The position numbers and the translations under genes are program-made. A stretch of 64,000 nt of DNA from contig CP147778.1 in the NCBI GenBank assembly GCA_037305845.1, forward strand, positions 64,001 through 128,000. Reading direction: 5' to 3'. The stretch comes from Candidatus Freyarchaeum deiterrae. GTDB taxonomy: Archaea > Asgardarchaeota > Jordiarchaeia > Jordiarchaeales > Jordiarchaeaceae. Of this stretch, positions 29,257-39,938 are shown one piece after another. Under the pieces are notes generated by a model. The model saw only the letters and a program-made list of their open reading frames with translations. It searched no databases and was not told where the DNA came from. How positions within the stretch are numbered: position 1 is the first letter of the stretch; every line of letters begins with the position of its first letter.

Positions 29257-31143
29257 TCACTTTCGTTTTATGCCTGTTTTTTCTTCGATTGTTCGCAAAG
29301 CTTCTTCCGCCGTCTTTTTAACGATTCCCTCTTTATCCTTTAGGGCTCGGCAGAGTGAGTTTAAGGCCCTGCTGTCTCCTATTTCTCCGAGGGCGAGCGC
29401 TGCTCTGAATCTGATTCTCCAGTGTTTGTCTCTTAGTGCCTTTATTAGTGGCTTCACCGATCTCGGGTCTCTTATTTTGCCTAGGGCTATTGCTGCGTAT
29501 TCACGGACTCCTATGTCCTCGCGTTTTAGCGCCTGTACTAGTGGTTCTACTGCTCTTCTGTCTCCTATTTTGCCTAGGGCTATTGCTGCGTATTCACGGA
29601 CTCCTATGCCTCCGCGTTTTAGCGCCTGTATTAATGGCTTCACCGCCCTGAAGTCTCCTATCTCTCCCAGAACTCTTGCTGCTGTCCTTTGAACCTCTGG
29701 GTCTTTGTGATTTAATGCCTGTATTAATGGTTCTACTGCTCTCTTGTCTCTTATCTCTCCGAGTATTCGCGCTGCTTCTGGGACTGCCCGACTTTTGCTG
29801 TTCAGTGTTTGTATTAGTGGTTCTACTGCGGGTTCTCCCTTTTTTACGAGAACTCGTGATATTTCCTTCCTAGTGGTATGTCCCTCTGCACTTAGTGTAT
29901 TTATGAGCGGTTTTATTGTTTTTTCACTCTTCATCTTTCCGAGTGCAAATGCTGCCGCCCATCGAACATTCTCATGTTGGTCCTTTAGTGCGTGTATAAG
30001 TGGCTCGACCGCTCTTTTGTCTCCTATTTCACCCAGAGCTATTGCTGCTTCCTTTCGAACCTGCTGATTTTCATTTTCTAGCTCTTTTTTCGCGATAGCC
30101 CTTATAACTTGTGGTTCTTTTTGTCCTAGTATTTTTATTAGTGGTTTCACCGCTCTTCTGTTGCCTATTCTACCTAGTCCCCGTGCTGCCCCGGCTCGAA
30201 CAGTCTGCTCCTCTAATGCTTGTATAAGTGGCTCCACCGTTCTTTTGTCTCCTATTTCGCCCAGAGCTATTGCGGCTTCCTTTCGAACCTGCTGATTTTC
30301 ATTTTCTAGCTCTCGTATTATTTTAAACAGTTCTTCGTCTCCGATCTCCCTTGCAAGTTCATCTACCGCGCTTATAACCGCCTGGTTCTCTTCTTTTAGT
30401 ACTTGTATTAGAAGTTCCACCGCTCTTTCGTCCCCTATCTGTCCTAGGGCTTTTGCTGCTTCTTCTCGAATCGCCTGCTCCCTCAGCATCTGCGTTAAGA
30501 GATCTAGTTCTTGCTGCGCCAAATCTGCATTCCATTTCTGCACCAAGGCTAATAATGTGGCTTCCTCCAGAGATTTCCTCTGCTTGCCTTTCAGTATTTG
30601 TAAAAGAGGGTTTACTGCTCTTTCATCCCTTATCTCTCCCAGAGCACGTGCCGCCCATAACCGAACTTTCGGGTCTTGGTGTTTTAGTGCTTGCACTAGC
30701 GGCCCCACAGCTCTTGTATCCCCTATTCTTCCAAGTGCATAAGCCGCACCCGCACTCGGCGAATCTTCGTCTTCTAGTGCCTGAACTAGCGGCTCCACGG
30801 CGCTCACGTCTCCTATCTCGCCTAGAGCTCTTGCTGCTTCCTCCCGAACCCCTATGTCTTGGTGTTTTAGTTCTTGCACTAGTGGTCTCACAGCTCTTTT
30901 GTAGCCTATTTTTCCGAGTGCCCATGCCGCCGCCTCTCGAACAGTCAAATCCTCGTCCCTTAGTGCTTGTATAAGGGGCTCCAAGGCCGTTTTTCCCTCT
31001 ATCTCCCCCAAAGCTAGTGCCGCTTTCCGTCGAACATCGCGATTGCCCTCATACTTTAGGGCCCTTATTAAGCCTTCGACATCTCTATCGGCTTCCAACT
31101 CCTTCAAATTCGGCTCGGATGATTCAAACATTTTCATCATCAC
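29257..31143 (-). CDS. PBS-lyase HEAT-like repeat protein
   Basis: Many repeats of the type VRxxAAxALGEIGDxRAVEPLIxAL. Confidence 0.95.
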   Translation of the reverse strand: MMMKMFESSEPNLKELEADRDVEGLIRALKYEGNRDVRRKAALALGEIEGKTALEPLIQALRDEDLTVREAAAWALGKIGYKRAVRPLVQELKHQDIGVREEAARALGEIGDVSAVEPLVQALEDEDSPSAGAAYALGRIGDTRAVGPLVQALKHQDPKVRLWAARALGEIRDERAVNPLLQILKGKQRKSLEEATLLALVQKWNADLAQQELDLLTQMLREQAIREEAAKALGQIGDERAVELLIQVLKEENQAVISAVDELAREIGDEELFKIIRELENENQQVRKEAAIALGEIGDKRTVEPLIQALEEQTVRAGAARGLGRIGNRRAVKPLIKILGQKEPQVIRAIAKKELENENQQVRKEAAIALGEIGDKRAVEPLIHALKDQHENVRWAAAFALGKMKSEKTIKPLINTLSAEGHTTRKEISRVLVKKGEPAVEPLIQTLNSKSRAVPEAARILGEIRDKRAVEPLIQALNHKDPEVQRTAARVLGEIGDFRAVKPLIQALKRGGIGVREYAAIALGKIGDRRAVEPLVQALKREDIGVREYAAIALGKIRDPRSVKPLIKALRDKHWRIRFRAALALGEIGDSRALNSLCRALKDKEGIVKKTAEEALRTIEEKTGIKRK

Positions 31144-31636
31144 TCCTCCTTCATGCGCTAGTTAACTCGTGAATAACTAGCGGTTTGTTTGGCCCCAACT
31201 GAGTCCAAGCAAGTTAACTCTTGCAGCAGGGGAGGGGAGAAACAAACAGGTTAACTTCCCCACTCTAAACGCTTTGTCTTGTAATTCCTCGCACTCCTTA
31301 ATAAAGGAAATAAATGCCTCTAAATAAGACTTTTGTTATATATTTAGTATAGTCTGCCTAGTTCTTCCTAAAGGGCAGGTATAATTGTTATTCTATTTGT
31401 AAATTAAAATAAACTATTATTTGTTGAAAGGCTTAAAATAGTATTACATGAAAGGCCCCACGCATACATTTTTTTGGGGGGTTAGGTGGGTAACGATAAC
31501 AAAGTTTTACATGCTCTAATTATTCATTCTTAGAGCCTCTTTCAAATAAGTTTAAACGAGGGGAAATTTAATGTATTTTAACATATCTTTTCGTACAGCA
31601 AAATTGGAAAATGTTGACACTCACTAGCTGAGTGTT

Positions 31637-32077
31637 TTGAAGACCAATAGGGGCTGCGAAGTTAAAATGATATTTGGTTACATTCTTGAAACGGCTAACG
31701 GCTTACTGATTCATAACAAGTTCTTCAAAATTGATCCCTCTGTGGATATGGATCTCGTAGCGTCTATCTTCAACGCTATCTGCTCTTTCACAAAGACAGT
31801 CCTGAACGAGCCGGTTGAGGAGATACTAACGAAGGGAAACCAAATCGTGGTGGCACACAGCGATAAGGTGATGCTCTTACTCATTTCCCAAACAAACACG
31901 GCTATGGCTAAGCAGCTGACAAAAAAATTCGTGAAAATTTTCTCAAACAAGCTCCAAACGGAAAACACTTTCGTGGTTTGCGATGAACTTCTTATTAAGA
32001 TAAAAAACGAACTAGCTGACCTTGAAAGGGAAATAACCGAAGTAAACGAGAAGCAAATGCACCAAAGCTACGTGTGA
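31637..32077 (+). CDS. Longin/roadblock-like small protein
   Basis: GYILETANGLLIH...DMDLVASIFNAICSFTKTV, a longin-type beta-beta-alpha signature. Confidence 0.6.
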   Translation: MKTNRGCEVKMIFGYILETANGLLIHNKFFKIDPSVDMDLVASIFNAICSFTKTVLNEPVEEILTKGNQIVVAHSDKVMLLLISQTNTAMAKQLTKKFVKIFSNKLQTENTFVVCDELLIKIKNELADLEREITEVNEKQMHQSYV

Positions 32078-32078
32078 G

Positions 32079-32798
32079 TTGAACAGAATGGTTGAAGTCC
32101 ACGAAATAAGTGACGGAGTGTACTTATTCTCTCAGTACCTTAGAGAAAACAAAATCTCGGTAGCATCCTTTCTTATACTAGGCAAGATGCCGACCATCGT
32201 AGAAACTGGAACCCCTTACGCGGCGAAAAATTTCCTGCCGGAGATAGAAAAAATAATTTCCCTTGAAAAAATCTCTTACATATTCGTAACCCATGAACAC
32301 CTAGACCACATGGGCGGCTTACCCGAATACATATCCGAAGCAAACAATGCGAATACAGTTGCACATGAGAACATCAAAGCTCAACTCGGGTTCATGGGAG
32401 TATTCGGAAAAATAATTCTGACAAAGGGAGGAGAAACAATCCCTATCGGCGAAAGAAAAATACAAATCATACATGCACCCATAGAAACCGCGGGAACAAT
32501 AATATTCAACCTCCAGCCAGACGGAATACTCTTCTCCGGAGACTACTTCGGACAACTATCAAAAGAAGAATGGGTACTGCACCCCCGGTCACAGGAAGAA
32601 CTCCTCGACAATATAACCGAACTCCACCAGGGACTCGGATATACCCAAGAAAACATAAGAACTTACCTTTCTCCACTTCTCAAAATCCCACTCAAAACAA
32701 TAGCTCCGTCCCACGGCTCAATTATACAAGAGGACGTACAACAGGTCATAGAAAAAACAATAAAAACAAAACTAAACCCCAACAAAAATGAACCCTAA
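32079..32798 (+). CDS. Stand-alone FprA/ODP-like metallo-beta-lactamase domain
   Basis: THEHLDH, LFSGDYFG, IAPSHG; no flavodoxin domain. Confidence 0.75.
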   Translation: MNRMVEVHEISDGVYLFSQYLRENKISVASFLILGKMPTIVETGTPYAAKNFLPEIEKIISLEKISYIFVTHEHLDHMGGLPEYISEANNANTVAHENIKAQLGFMGVFGKIILTKGGETIPIGERKIQIIHAPIETAGTIIFNLQPDGILFSGDYFGQLSKEEWVLHPRSQEELLDNITELHQGLGYTQENIRTYLSPLLKIPLKTIAPSHGSIIQEDVQQVIEKTIKTKLNPNKNEP

Positions 32799-33090
32799 GG
32801 GTAAAAATATTCCACACATAAAAATCCCACCCAACAACCCTCGCAAACCGTAACCAAAAAGTGTGATTATAGTAAAAGCAGGCCGCCGGCTAAAAATTAG
32901 TTATTTTAATGATGTAATCTTAAAGTACCCAGGGAATTTCCTTCTTGTTTGAGCAAACACCATCCCAACTTTTTGCAAGGGTTTACTCACCTTACGTGGG
33001 AACATTTTAATAGGAAGTAATTCTTCTTAATAGAAAGTTAGGGAGTGGATGAGAAAAGTAAAGTAGAATGCTTAAAAAATCATTTATCAG

Positions 33091-33594
33091 GTGAGATATA
33101 TAGTGTCGCAAAAAGAGGTTGAAGAGCTGAAAACGATTCAGAGCATTGTTGACGAAATCCTTGCCGGAATAGAACCAATGAGAGTTAAACCAGATTCTTC
33201 CACTATTAAGCAGTACTGCGAAATGGTTGGTGATAATAATCCGGTTTATTTTGATGATGATAGTGCCAGAAGAGAGGGTTATCCAGGGGCCATTGTTCCT
33301 CAATCCTATCTTATGACATTATTCGTCCCTATTGTGAACGAGGTTTTTATAAAAGGGGCTGAGAAGCTTTTCACCGGCTTGATTAGAGGAGTTATACATT
33401 CAGGGTCAGAGGTGGTTTACGATAAGCCTCTAATGGTGGGGGAAACCTATGTTATGCATTTGGAGAGTGTGAGTCTCAATAAAAAGAGTGGAGATACAGG
33501 AGACTATTACGTGTGGACTTTTAGAGCCGTTGTTTCCAGCGAGGATGGAGAAGAACAGGCTTACGATAAGCATACTTTCTTCCTAAAGATATGA
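33091..33594 (+). CDS. MaoC-like dehydratase, N-type subunit
   Basis: VGDNNPVYFD...PQSY...IHSGSE. Confidence 0.85.
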   Translation: MRYIVSQKEVEELKTIQSIVDEILAGIEPMRVKPDSSTIKQYCEMVGDNNPVYFDDDSARREGYPGAIVPQSYLMTLFVPIVNEVFIKGAEKLFTGLIRGVIHSGSEVVYDKPLMVGETYVMHLESVSLNKKSGDTGDYYVWTFRAVVSSEDGEEQAYDKHTFFLKI

Positions 33595-33615
33595 AAACCA
33601 GGGGAGCGACTAAGT

Positions 33616-34047
33616 TTGTTGAAAAGTGAAGAAAAGGTGAGATTTGAAAATATTCGCAAGGGGGATAAGGTTCCTCCGCTCAGAGTAAAAATGGATAAGA
33701 AAAACTACTTGAACTATTCCAAAATGATTAATGAGATAAATCCACTACACTTCGACGAGAACTACGCTAAAAGTCTAGGATTCCGAACCATAGTGGTAGC
33801 GGGGGTTTACACCTACTCTTTTCTTCCCAAGATGTTTACCAACTGGCTGCAAAACCCATGCTGTGTCAAGAGCCTGGAAATCAGATACAAATCTCCAATA
33901 TACGTAGAAGACGAAATAGTGAATAAAGGAGTGGTGAAACGAAAATATCACAAAAACGGAGAAAAAACAGTTGAATGCGAAGTCTGGGTGGAAAACCAAG
34001 AAGGAAAGAAAGTAACAGAGGGAAAGGCAAAAGTAATTATTCAATAA
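33616..34047 (+). CDS. MaoC-family dehydratase
   Basis: INPLHFDENYAKSLGF...VAG. Confidence 0.88.
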   Translation: MLKSEEKVRFENIRKGDKVPPLRVKMDKKNYLNYSKMINEINPLHFDENYAKSLGFRTIVVAGVYTYSFLPKMFTNWLQNPCCVKSLEIRYKSPIYVEDEIVNKGVVKRKYHKNGEKTVECEVWVENQEGKKVTEGKAKVIIQ

Positions 34048-34241
34048 AAAAAATGATGCACCTTATAACTAAGGTTTGTTGGCCTTTTTGAAGCTTTTTT
34101 TCTTTTACGGATATAGGGTGATTTTTCCTTCATTTTTTGGGAAAGCGTTTTGATATCCAACTGGCTGAAAATTGATTTAACAGCCATCATTAATGCGGAA
34201 ATAGTGCGCTCATATGCGGATATTTAGATAAAAACCTTTTT

Positions 34242-34871
34242 TCAACTATATGAAATTATAAACGGTAAAATTACTACCAAAAATACTCCAAAAGCACCGA
34301 CAATTGCCACCCATTTATTTGTTCCTGAAGTTTTTTCCTCTACATCCGCCAAGATATTATTCATTATATCAGTAGGTACATTCGCTCCTACTATCTCGTT
34401 AGCATCTTCTCTTGTAATAATACTACCCGAGCTTAGATTGAAACGAATACCCATAAAACGGAAGTGATATGAAGACAGAAATGTGCTTACTGAAAGTTCA
34501 AGAGCTATTACACTAGTTACGATTCCGAGTCTAGTTGCAGTTGAAAGATTGCTTAGGGATATATTAAATGATAACCCTCCAACAGCACTGAAAGTCTCAG
34601 ATGTTACCGTATTTGCAACAAACAAGTACAGGCTCAAAGTAATAAGTAATGTAATAACTACTAAATCACCTAAAACAATTGACCACTTTATTAACCGGCC
34701 TTTCCTTATTCTTTCACTCACTTCTTCACAAAGATTGTCTATTTCTTTTGTTTTTTTAGGCTCAATTTCTTTGAGAGCTTTTGCCCAACCGAATTGAGTG
34801 TAAGAAGAAGTCCTGCTCTTAGTTTTGCCTGAGTTCAAAGAATTCCTCCGATAAATTTGAATATAAAACAT
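34242..34871 (-). CDS. Hypothetical membrane protein
   Basis: Three hydrophobic segments; start uncertain. Confidence 0.55.
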   Translation of the reverse strand: MFYIQIYRRNSLNSGKTKSRTSSYTQFGWAKALKEIEPKKTKEIDNLCEEVSERIRKGRLIKWSIVLGDLVVITLLITLSLYLFVANTVTSETFSAVGGLSFNISLSNLSTATRLGIVTSVIALELSVSTFLSSYHFRFMGIRFNLSSGSIITREDANEIVGANVPTDIMNNILADVEEKTSGTNKWVAIVGAFGVFLVVILPFIISYS

Positions 34872-34925
34872 TCAATTAATAAATATAATAAGTATTTAAA
34901 ACTTTTGTAAAATATGTAAATTGAA

Positions 34926-35011
34926 ATGAAAATTATAGATTGCGAAATCTTAGTGACAACAGAGAAGGAAAGGAAGTAACCGAGGGAAAAGCAAAAGTAG
35001 TTTTACAATAA
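34926..35011 (+). pseudogene. Remnant 3' end of a MaoC paralogue
   Basis: ...EGKEVTEGKAKVVLQ* versus ...EGKKVTEGKAKVIIQ* at 33999-34047. Confidence 0.7.
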
Positions 35012-35025
35012 TCAGACTTTTTGTA

Positions 35026-36087
35026 TTAATATTTTAGTTTTGAAACAACTTTTTCAGCGAAGGTTACGAGTTTAGGTAGTGTTCCCATCAATGTGAAAAC
35101 CTTAACTCCGCTCTTGATCAGTTCCCGAATCGCTTCGATATGTGCGTCTGGTGTTGACGGGATATCTGCGATAATTTGTTTGGCTTTTTCTTCGGGTATA
35201 TTCGCTAATTGTAATGCTGCGACGCGTTGCTTGATCTCTTGTTCTGTTGGGTCAAGCCAGATTGAATATGTTGCTCCTATTCGAATTTCTTTGGGGTTTC
35301 TGCCAGTTTTTTGGCATCCTTCCTTTATTTTGAGTTTATAGTTGGCTACTTTTTCGGGGGTTGGGTCGAATATGCAGTGAATTATGTCGGCGTAACGTGT
35401 TGCTATTTGGATGCTTTTATTTTGGAAAACTCCCGCAATTATGGAAACATGTTCCTGTATGGGACGCGGGCTGTTTAGAACATTTTCAACGGAGAAGATT
35501 TTGCCCTTGTATGTAGTGTACTCGTTCTGGAACATGGATTTAACTATGGCGAGGGTGTCATCAAAACCCTGTAGGCGTTCCTTGGTGGGAGGGAATCTGC
35601 CGTAAAAGGTTTTGAACTCGGCTTCACGCCAACAGGCTCCGAGTCCCATTACGAGTCTTCCTTTGCTTATAATGTCCAGGGTTGTTGCAATCTTCCCTAA
35701 GAGGGTTGGTGCTCGGTAAGCGTAGCAGGATACGAGGGGTCCCAAGTGTATTTTCTTAGTGACGGCTGCGAGAGCCCCTAGTAAAGTCCAGCATTCAAGA
35801 GGATTATTCTCTTCAATCTTGGGATTAATCGCATTCATAAAGTGGTCGGAGACCGTGAATAGGTCGATTCCGGCCTTTTCGGCTGCTAGACAGGTGTTTT
35901 TCATCGCCTCAAAATTAGCTCCTTCAGGTGTGAAGTTATAACCAAACCATACTTCTAATTTTGACTTCTCAGCTAGTTCAAGAGTCGTGTTAGGCAACTC
36001 TTTTTCTTTTACAGTGACCCCGCCAACTTCTATTTTTTCAGTCAACTCCTCGGTGGATTCTTTGATTTCCTTCTTTTCTACTTTCAT
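35026..36087 (-). CDS. LLM-class F420-dependent oxidoreductase
   Basis: FTVSDHF, LECWTLLGALAA, YRAPTLLGKIATTLDIISKGR. Confidence 0.92.
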   Translation of the reverse strand: MKVEKKEIKESTEELTEKIEVGGVTVKEKELPNTTLELAEKSKLEVWFGYNFTPEGANFEAMKNTCLAAEKAGIDLFTVSDHFMNAINPKIEENNPLECWTLLGALAAVTKKIHLGPLVSCYAYRAPTLLGKIATTLDIISKGRLVMGLGACWREAEFKTFYGRFPPTKERLQGFDDTLAIVKSMFQNEYTTYKGKIFSVENVLNSPRPIQEHVSIIAGVFQNKSIQIATRYADIIHCIFDPTPEKVANYKLKIKEGCQKTGRNPKEIRIGATYSIWLDPTEQEIKQRVAALQLANIPEEKAKQIIADIPSTPDAHIEAIRELIKSGVKVFTLMGTLPKLVTFAEKVVSKLKY

Positions 36088-36326
36088 TTAATCTCTCCCG
36101 TGAACGATTGTTTGTATTTTTAAGCGAGTCATTAATAAATTTTTTTGTAATAATCTGTTTCAATTAAATAAAATTAAATGATTTTCATTTCTGAAAAGAG
36201 TTATATAGAGATAACGTCCAAATTAGGATTTTTTAGGGTACCATGTTAAGTAAGATTAGAGGGAGAAATCCAATGAATAAAAACAAGTAAAAATTATTGT
36301 GCGTAATATGCATTTTCGGAAAAGGG

Positions 36327-37283
36327 TTATTTTATTTTTGAGACAACTTTCTCGGCAAATGCTTTGAGTCTGGGCAAGGATCCCATTAATGTGAAGACCT
36401 GCACCCCATCATTGATTAGTTCTTGGATTGCTTCGATGTGGGCATCTGGTGTTACTGGAGCTTTTTCAACTATTTGTTTAGCTTCCTCTCGGGATATGCC
36501 CCCTGGTCGTGTTCTTATTGCGTTGAATTGTACTCTTGCTATTCTTTGGTTGATTTCTGCTTCTGTTGGATTCAGCCAGATAGTGTATGCGGCTCCTATT
36601 CGGATTTCTTCGGGGTTTCTACCTGTTTTTTGGCACCCCTCTTGTATAATGCGTTTGCGTTCATCTACTTGGCTTGGACTGGGATCAAAGAGGCCGTGAA
36701 TTATGTCAGCGTAGCGGGTAGCCACATGGATCATATTTTTCTGGAATGCTCCCACGAGTATTGGTACGTGTTCTTGAACTGGACGCGGGCTGTTTAGAGT
36801 ATTTTCAACGGAGAAGATTTTGCCCTTATACGTGGTGTACTCATTCTGGAACATCGAGTGAACAATGGCGAGGGTGTCTTTGAATCCCTGTAGGCGTTCT
36901 TTTGAGGGGGGAAATCTACCGTAAAAACCTTTGAACTCAGACTCATGCCAACCGGCACCGAGTCCAAACACCAGCCTCCCATTGCTTATTATATCCAACG
37001 TAGTAGCGATTTTCCCCAAGAGTGTAGGTGCCCTATAGGCGTAACAGGATACCAGAGTCCCTAGTCGTATCTTACGGGTCACCGCCGCGAGAGCCCCCAG
37101 CGAGGTCCAAGATTCAAGCGGGTGATTCTCTCTACCCACCGGATTGGCCATGTTCATGAAGTGATCCGTCACTGTGAATAGGTCGACCCCCGCCTTTTCT
37201 GCGGTTAAACATGCGTTCTTCAAGGTCTCAAAATTAACTCCTTCCGGGGGAAAATGATAACCAAACCATACATCTTTGCTCAT
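36327..37283 (-). CDS. LLM-class F420-dependent oxidoreductase (tandem paralogue)
   Basis: Same motifs; closely similar to 35026-36087. Confidence 0.92.
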   Translation of the reverse strand: MSKDVWFGYHFPPEGVNFETLKNACLTAEKAGVDLFTVTDHFMNMANPVGRENHPLESWTSLGALAAVTRKIRLGTLVSCYAYRAPTLLGKIATTLDIISNGRLVFGLGAGWHESEFKGFYGRFPPSKERLQGFKDTLAIVHSMFQNEYTTYKGKIFSVENTLNSPRPVQEHVPILVGAFQKNMIHVATRYADIIHGLFDPSPSQVDERKRIIQEGCQKTGRNPEEIRIGAAYTIWLNPTEAEINQRIARVQFNAIRTRPGGISREEAKQIVEKAPVTPDAHIEAIQELINDGVQVFTLMGSLPRLKAFAEKVVSKIK

Positions 37284-37451
37284 TTCTTATCCTAACTCCT
37301 CCACAAAAAGGCCGTTTATACCTACACATTCCCCGAAAGCGTAATTTAAGACTATTGGTGAACGGAAAAACAATAATCAATAAAAGATGGATTATGAAGA
37401 CATTTTGAATATTTCAATTATTAAAAAAAATAGTGAATGAAGAATTTCTTC

Positions 37452-37907
37452 CTATTCAAATTCGTATTTAACATCGCTTGCCACCAGGTATATGACTATC
37501 ACTAGACTGATTAGCGTAAAGAAGCTGAGTATTCCCAATATTATTGCGAGGTAGTATCCCCACTTCTTCATGAAGAACAAACCAAAAGCAGCAATCAACC
37601 ATACCGCTGCAACTATCAGAGCAACCGGAAGCAACCAAATCATGATATTAGCAAAAGATTGCGCGCCCATTATACTACTAATCAGAATCCAATATGCAAA
37701 GTTTAAAAGCAGACTAGCGTATTGCGGTGGAAACATGGAGATGTTGTTTAGAATATAGTAATATTCACTGACTGCAATACTGATTGAAACGCTTTGACTT
37801 GAGGAAGCGGAAGCTGCGATTACTACTCCCACTAAAATTCCAATTATCCCTACCAATAGGAAGACTACGGCTATAACGGTTACCCCAAGGGGTCTTTCAA
37901 CACTCAT
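37452..37907 (-). CDS. Hypothetical membrane protein
   Basis: RPLGVTVIAV N-terminus; multiple TM helices. Confidence 0.75.
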   Translation of the reverse strand: MSVERPLGVTVIAVVFLLVGIIGILVGVVIAASASSSQSVSISIAVSEYYYILNNISMFPPQYASLLLNFAYWILISSIMGAQSFANIMIWLLPVALIVAAVWLIAAFGLFFMKKWGYYLAIILGILSFFTLISLVIVIYLVASDVKYEFE

Positions 37908-38088
37908 TAGATTTCCTCCATTGTAGATTCTAGCGAAAACAGGCGTCTCTTAAATATTAAAATGTTATTGAATGGAGATTCAAGTCGATAGGTGAGCGAA
38001 GAGTGATAATGTAGCTTCGTTCGATTCCGACTCTTTCAATATTTGACCTACAGTTTTCTATTTAGATGAGCATTACCTTTATTTTAGA

Positions 38089-38244
38089 CTAGAAGGGTTT
38101 CCAAACAAGGTATCCAGATACTATTAACAGGAGTATTATAACGCCAATCGCAGCTAGCGCACAGATTATTAATGCCGCTAACGAATCGAGTTGTTCCCTT
38201 CTTCTAAATCTGGTCAATTTTGATTCACTTTGATCGCCTTCCAT
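38089..38244 (-). CDS. Small single-TM protein (51 aa)
   Basis: Hand-translated MEGDQSESKLTRFRRREQLDSLAALIICALAAIGVIILLLIVSGYLVWKPF; GGTGA SD. Confidence 0.55.
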   Translation of the reverse strand: MEGDQSESKLTRFRRREQLDSLAALIICALAAIGVIILLLIVSGYLVWKPF

Positions 38245-38549
38245 TTTTAATCACCGTACAATTCTAGTTTTAATCTCTTTATGGTTCATAAAACTGCTTT
38301 TATTTTATTATCTTCTATTTCTGTTTGATTTTAAAAAAGTTAAGATTCGAAACTCTGAAAAAAGTATTTTCACATTTATGATGACCTTATTCCATTAAAA
38401 ACTTTTGTTATTACATTGCAATCGCTCGGGCCGGGAGCTCTCCAGTTTTTACAATTTTTTATATTAAGGGTTACCTCTATAATAACCTTTAACGCTTAGA
38501 GAATCAGTACAATATGCAATAAGGAGTTCTACGGAATGGTGATGGTGTA

Positions 38550-39329
38550 ATGGAAGATTCCAAGTATCTTGAGGATTTGAAGATAAAATATGGGAAAGGT
38601 GCTCCTAGGCTTATGGAGCGCATGTATTTATACTTGTCTATTGCTTCAATAATTTCTATTCTTCCGATAATTGGGATAAGTTATTTTCTTCTTGAAGTTT
38701 TTCCAATTAATATTCCTTGGTTTTTGATTGTGTCTCTGGCTCCGGTTTATGTTGTTCTTGCGCGGTGGGTTTTCAACTGTGTTCTGCTTTTGTTTGCTAG
38801 ATTTTCTATTAAACCGGTTGAGGAGGGGAGGTATGAAATGGATGTGAAAAACAAGAATGTTAGAAACTGGTTGATTAACGGAGTGGTCACGAGGCTTGCT
38901 ATTAACTACTTTGGTTCTAAGCCTTTCGGTATGCCCGGTCTGGGTACATACGTTCTAAAAATGCTTAAAGCCAAAATGGGCTATGGGACACAGGCATTCA
39001 ATGTCAGTGACCCTTATCTTGTAGAGTTCGGAGACGGAGCTGTAGCGGGTGTCGGCTCCCTAGTTATTAGCCACGCTTTCGCGGAAGGCAAACTAATGAT
39101 AGGGAAGATTAAAATTGGGAGAAACGTAACCGTCGGAGTGAGCTCGGTAATATTTCCAGGAGTGGAGATAGGAGACAATAGTATAGTTGCACCCCTCTCC
39201 ACAGTTTATAGCAAAACACGGATTCCTCCAAATCAATTCTGGGCAGGAAACCCAGCCCAGCAAGTGGGAATAGTAACCAAGGATGGAAATATAAAAACAC
39301 GGAAGAAAGCAGAGAAAGAGCTAACCTAA
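38550..39329 (+). CDS. Membrane-anchored hexapeptide-repeat acyltransferase
   Basis: Two TMs, then left-handed beta-helix repeats (IKIGRNVTVG, PGVEIGDNSIV, WAGNPA). Confidence 0.85.
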   Translation: MEDSKYLEDLKIKYGKGAPRLMERMYLYLSIASIISILPIIGISYFLLEVFPINIPWFLIVSLAPVYVVLARWVFNCVLLLFARFSIKPVEEGRYEMDVKNKNVRNWLINGVVTRLAINYFGSKPFGMPGLGTYVLKMLKAKMGYGTQAFNVSDPYLVEFGDGAVAGVGSLVISHAFAEGKLMIGKIKIGRNVTVGVSSVIFPGVEIGDNSIVAPLSTVYSKTRIPPNQFWAGNPAQQVGIVTKDGNIKTRKKAEKELT

Positions 39330-39397
39330 CCATCAACTAGGATTGAAAAACCCCTTCTCCTCCAATCAACTATTGAGTATAAACAGGAATGCAAATT

Positions 39398-39724
39398 TCA
39401 TTTCTTTTTTAATTCATTACCTAGCCAGTCCAGATATTCTTTGCTACCGCTAATAATGGGAATAGTGATTATCTCTGGCGTTTCATAAGGGTGTATCTTT
39501 CTAATAGTCGTCTCAAGCTCGCCATAAAGGGATTTTTTACTCTTAATGAAACATATCCACTCTTCCGCAGTCTCTATATTGTTCTTCCACCAATAGGTAC
39601 TAACTACGGGTCCCAATATCTGGACACACCCTGCCAGCCTCTTCTCCACCAGCGCTTTTGCAATGTTATCAGCGTCCTCTTTTTTCGCAGTGGTCGTAAA
39701 AACTTGGATAAATTCTTCCAACAT
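39398..39724 (-). CDS. cutA: Divalent-cation tolerance protein CutA
   Basis: RLAGCVQI, STYWW, HPYETPEII. Confidence 0.95.
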   Translation of the reverse strand: MLEEFIQVFTTTAKKEDADNIAKALVEKRLAGCVQILGPVVSTYWWKNNIETAEEWICFIKSKKSLYGELETTIRKIHPYETPEIITIPIISGSKEYLDWLGNELKKK

Positions 39725-39938
39725 GAATCATCTCCTATTCGAAACCTACCTGTTCTAAGTTTTAAAAAGTAATAATATAATCTTTGCCCCAGCCCAGTAT
39801 GTAAACCGGTTTCCTTTCAATCCTGTATTGTCCTAAACCTAATTGAAATCAATTAATTACCGTTATATAGAAAATAAGTCCACAAAAGTGGAGAATAGTT
39901 CGGTTCTAAATGAAGCATTAGATGTACGTTTTATTCCT

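Noticed and set aside
31156-31270. Hairpin/G-rich stretch resembling 8876-8980, possible IS end or ncRNA
   Set aside because: Only short low-complexity similarity, with no recognisable family ends.
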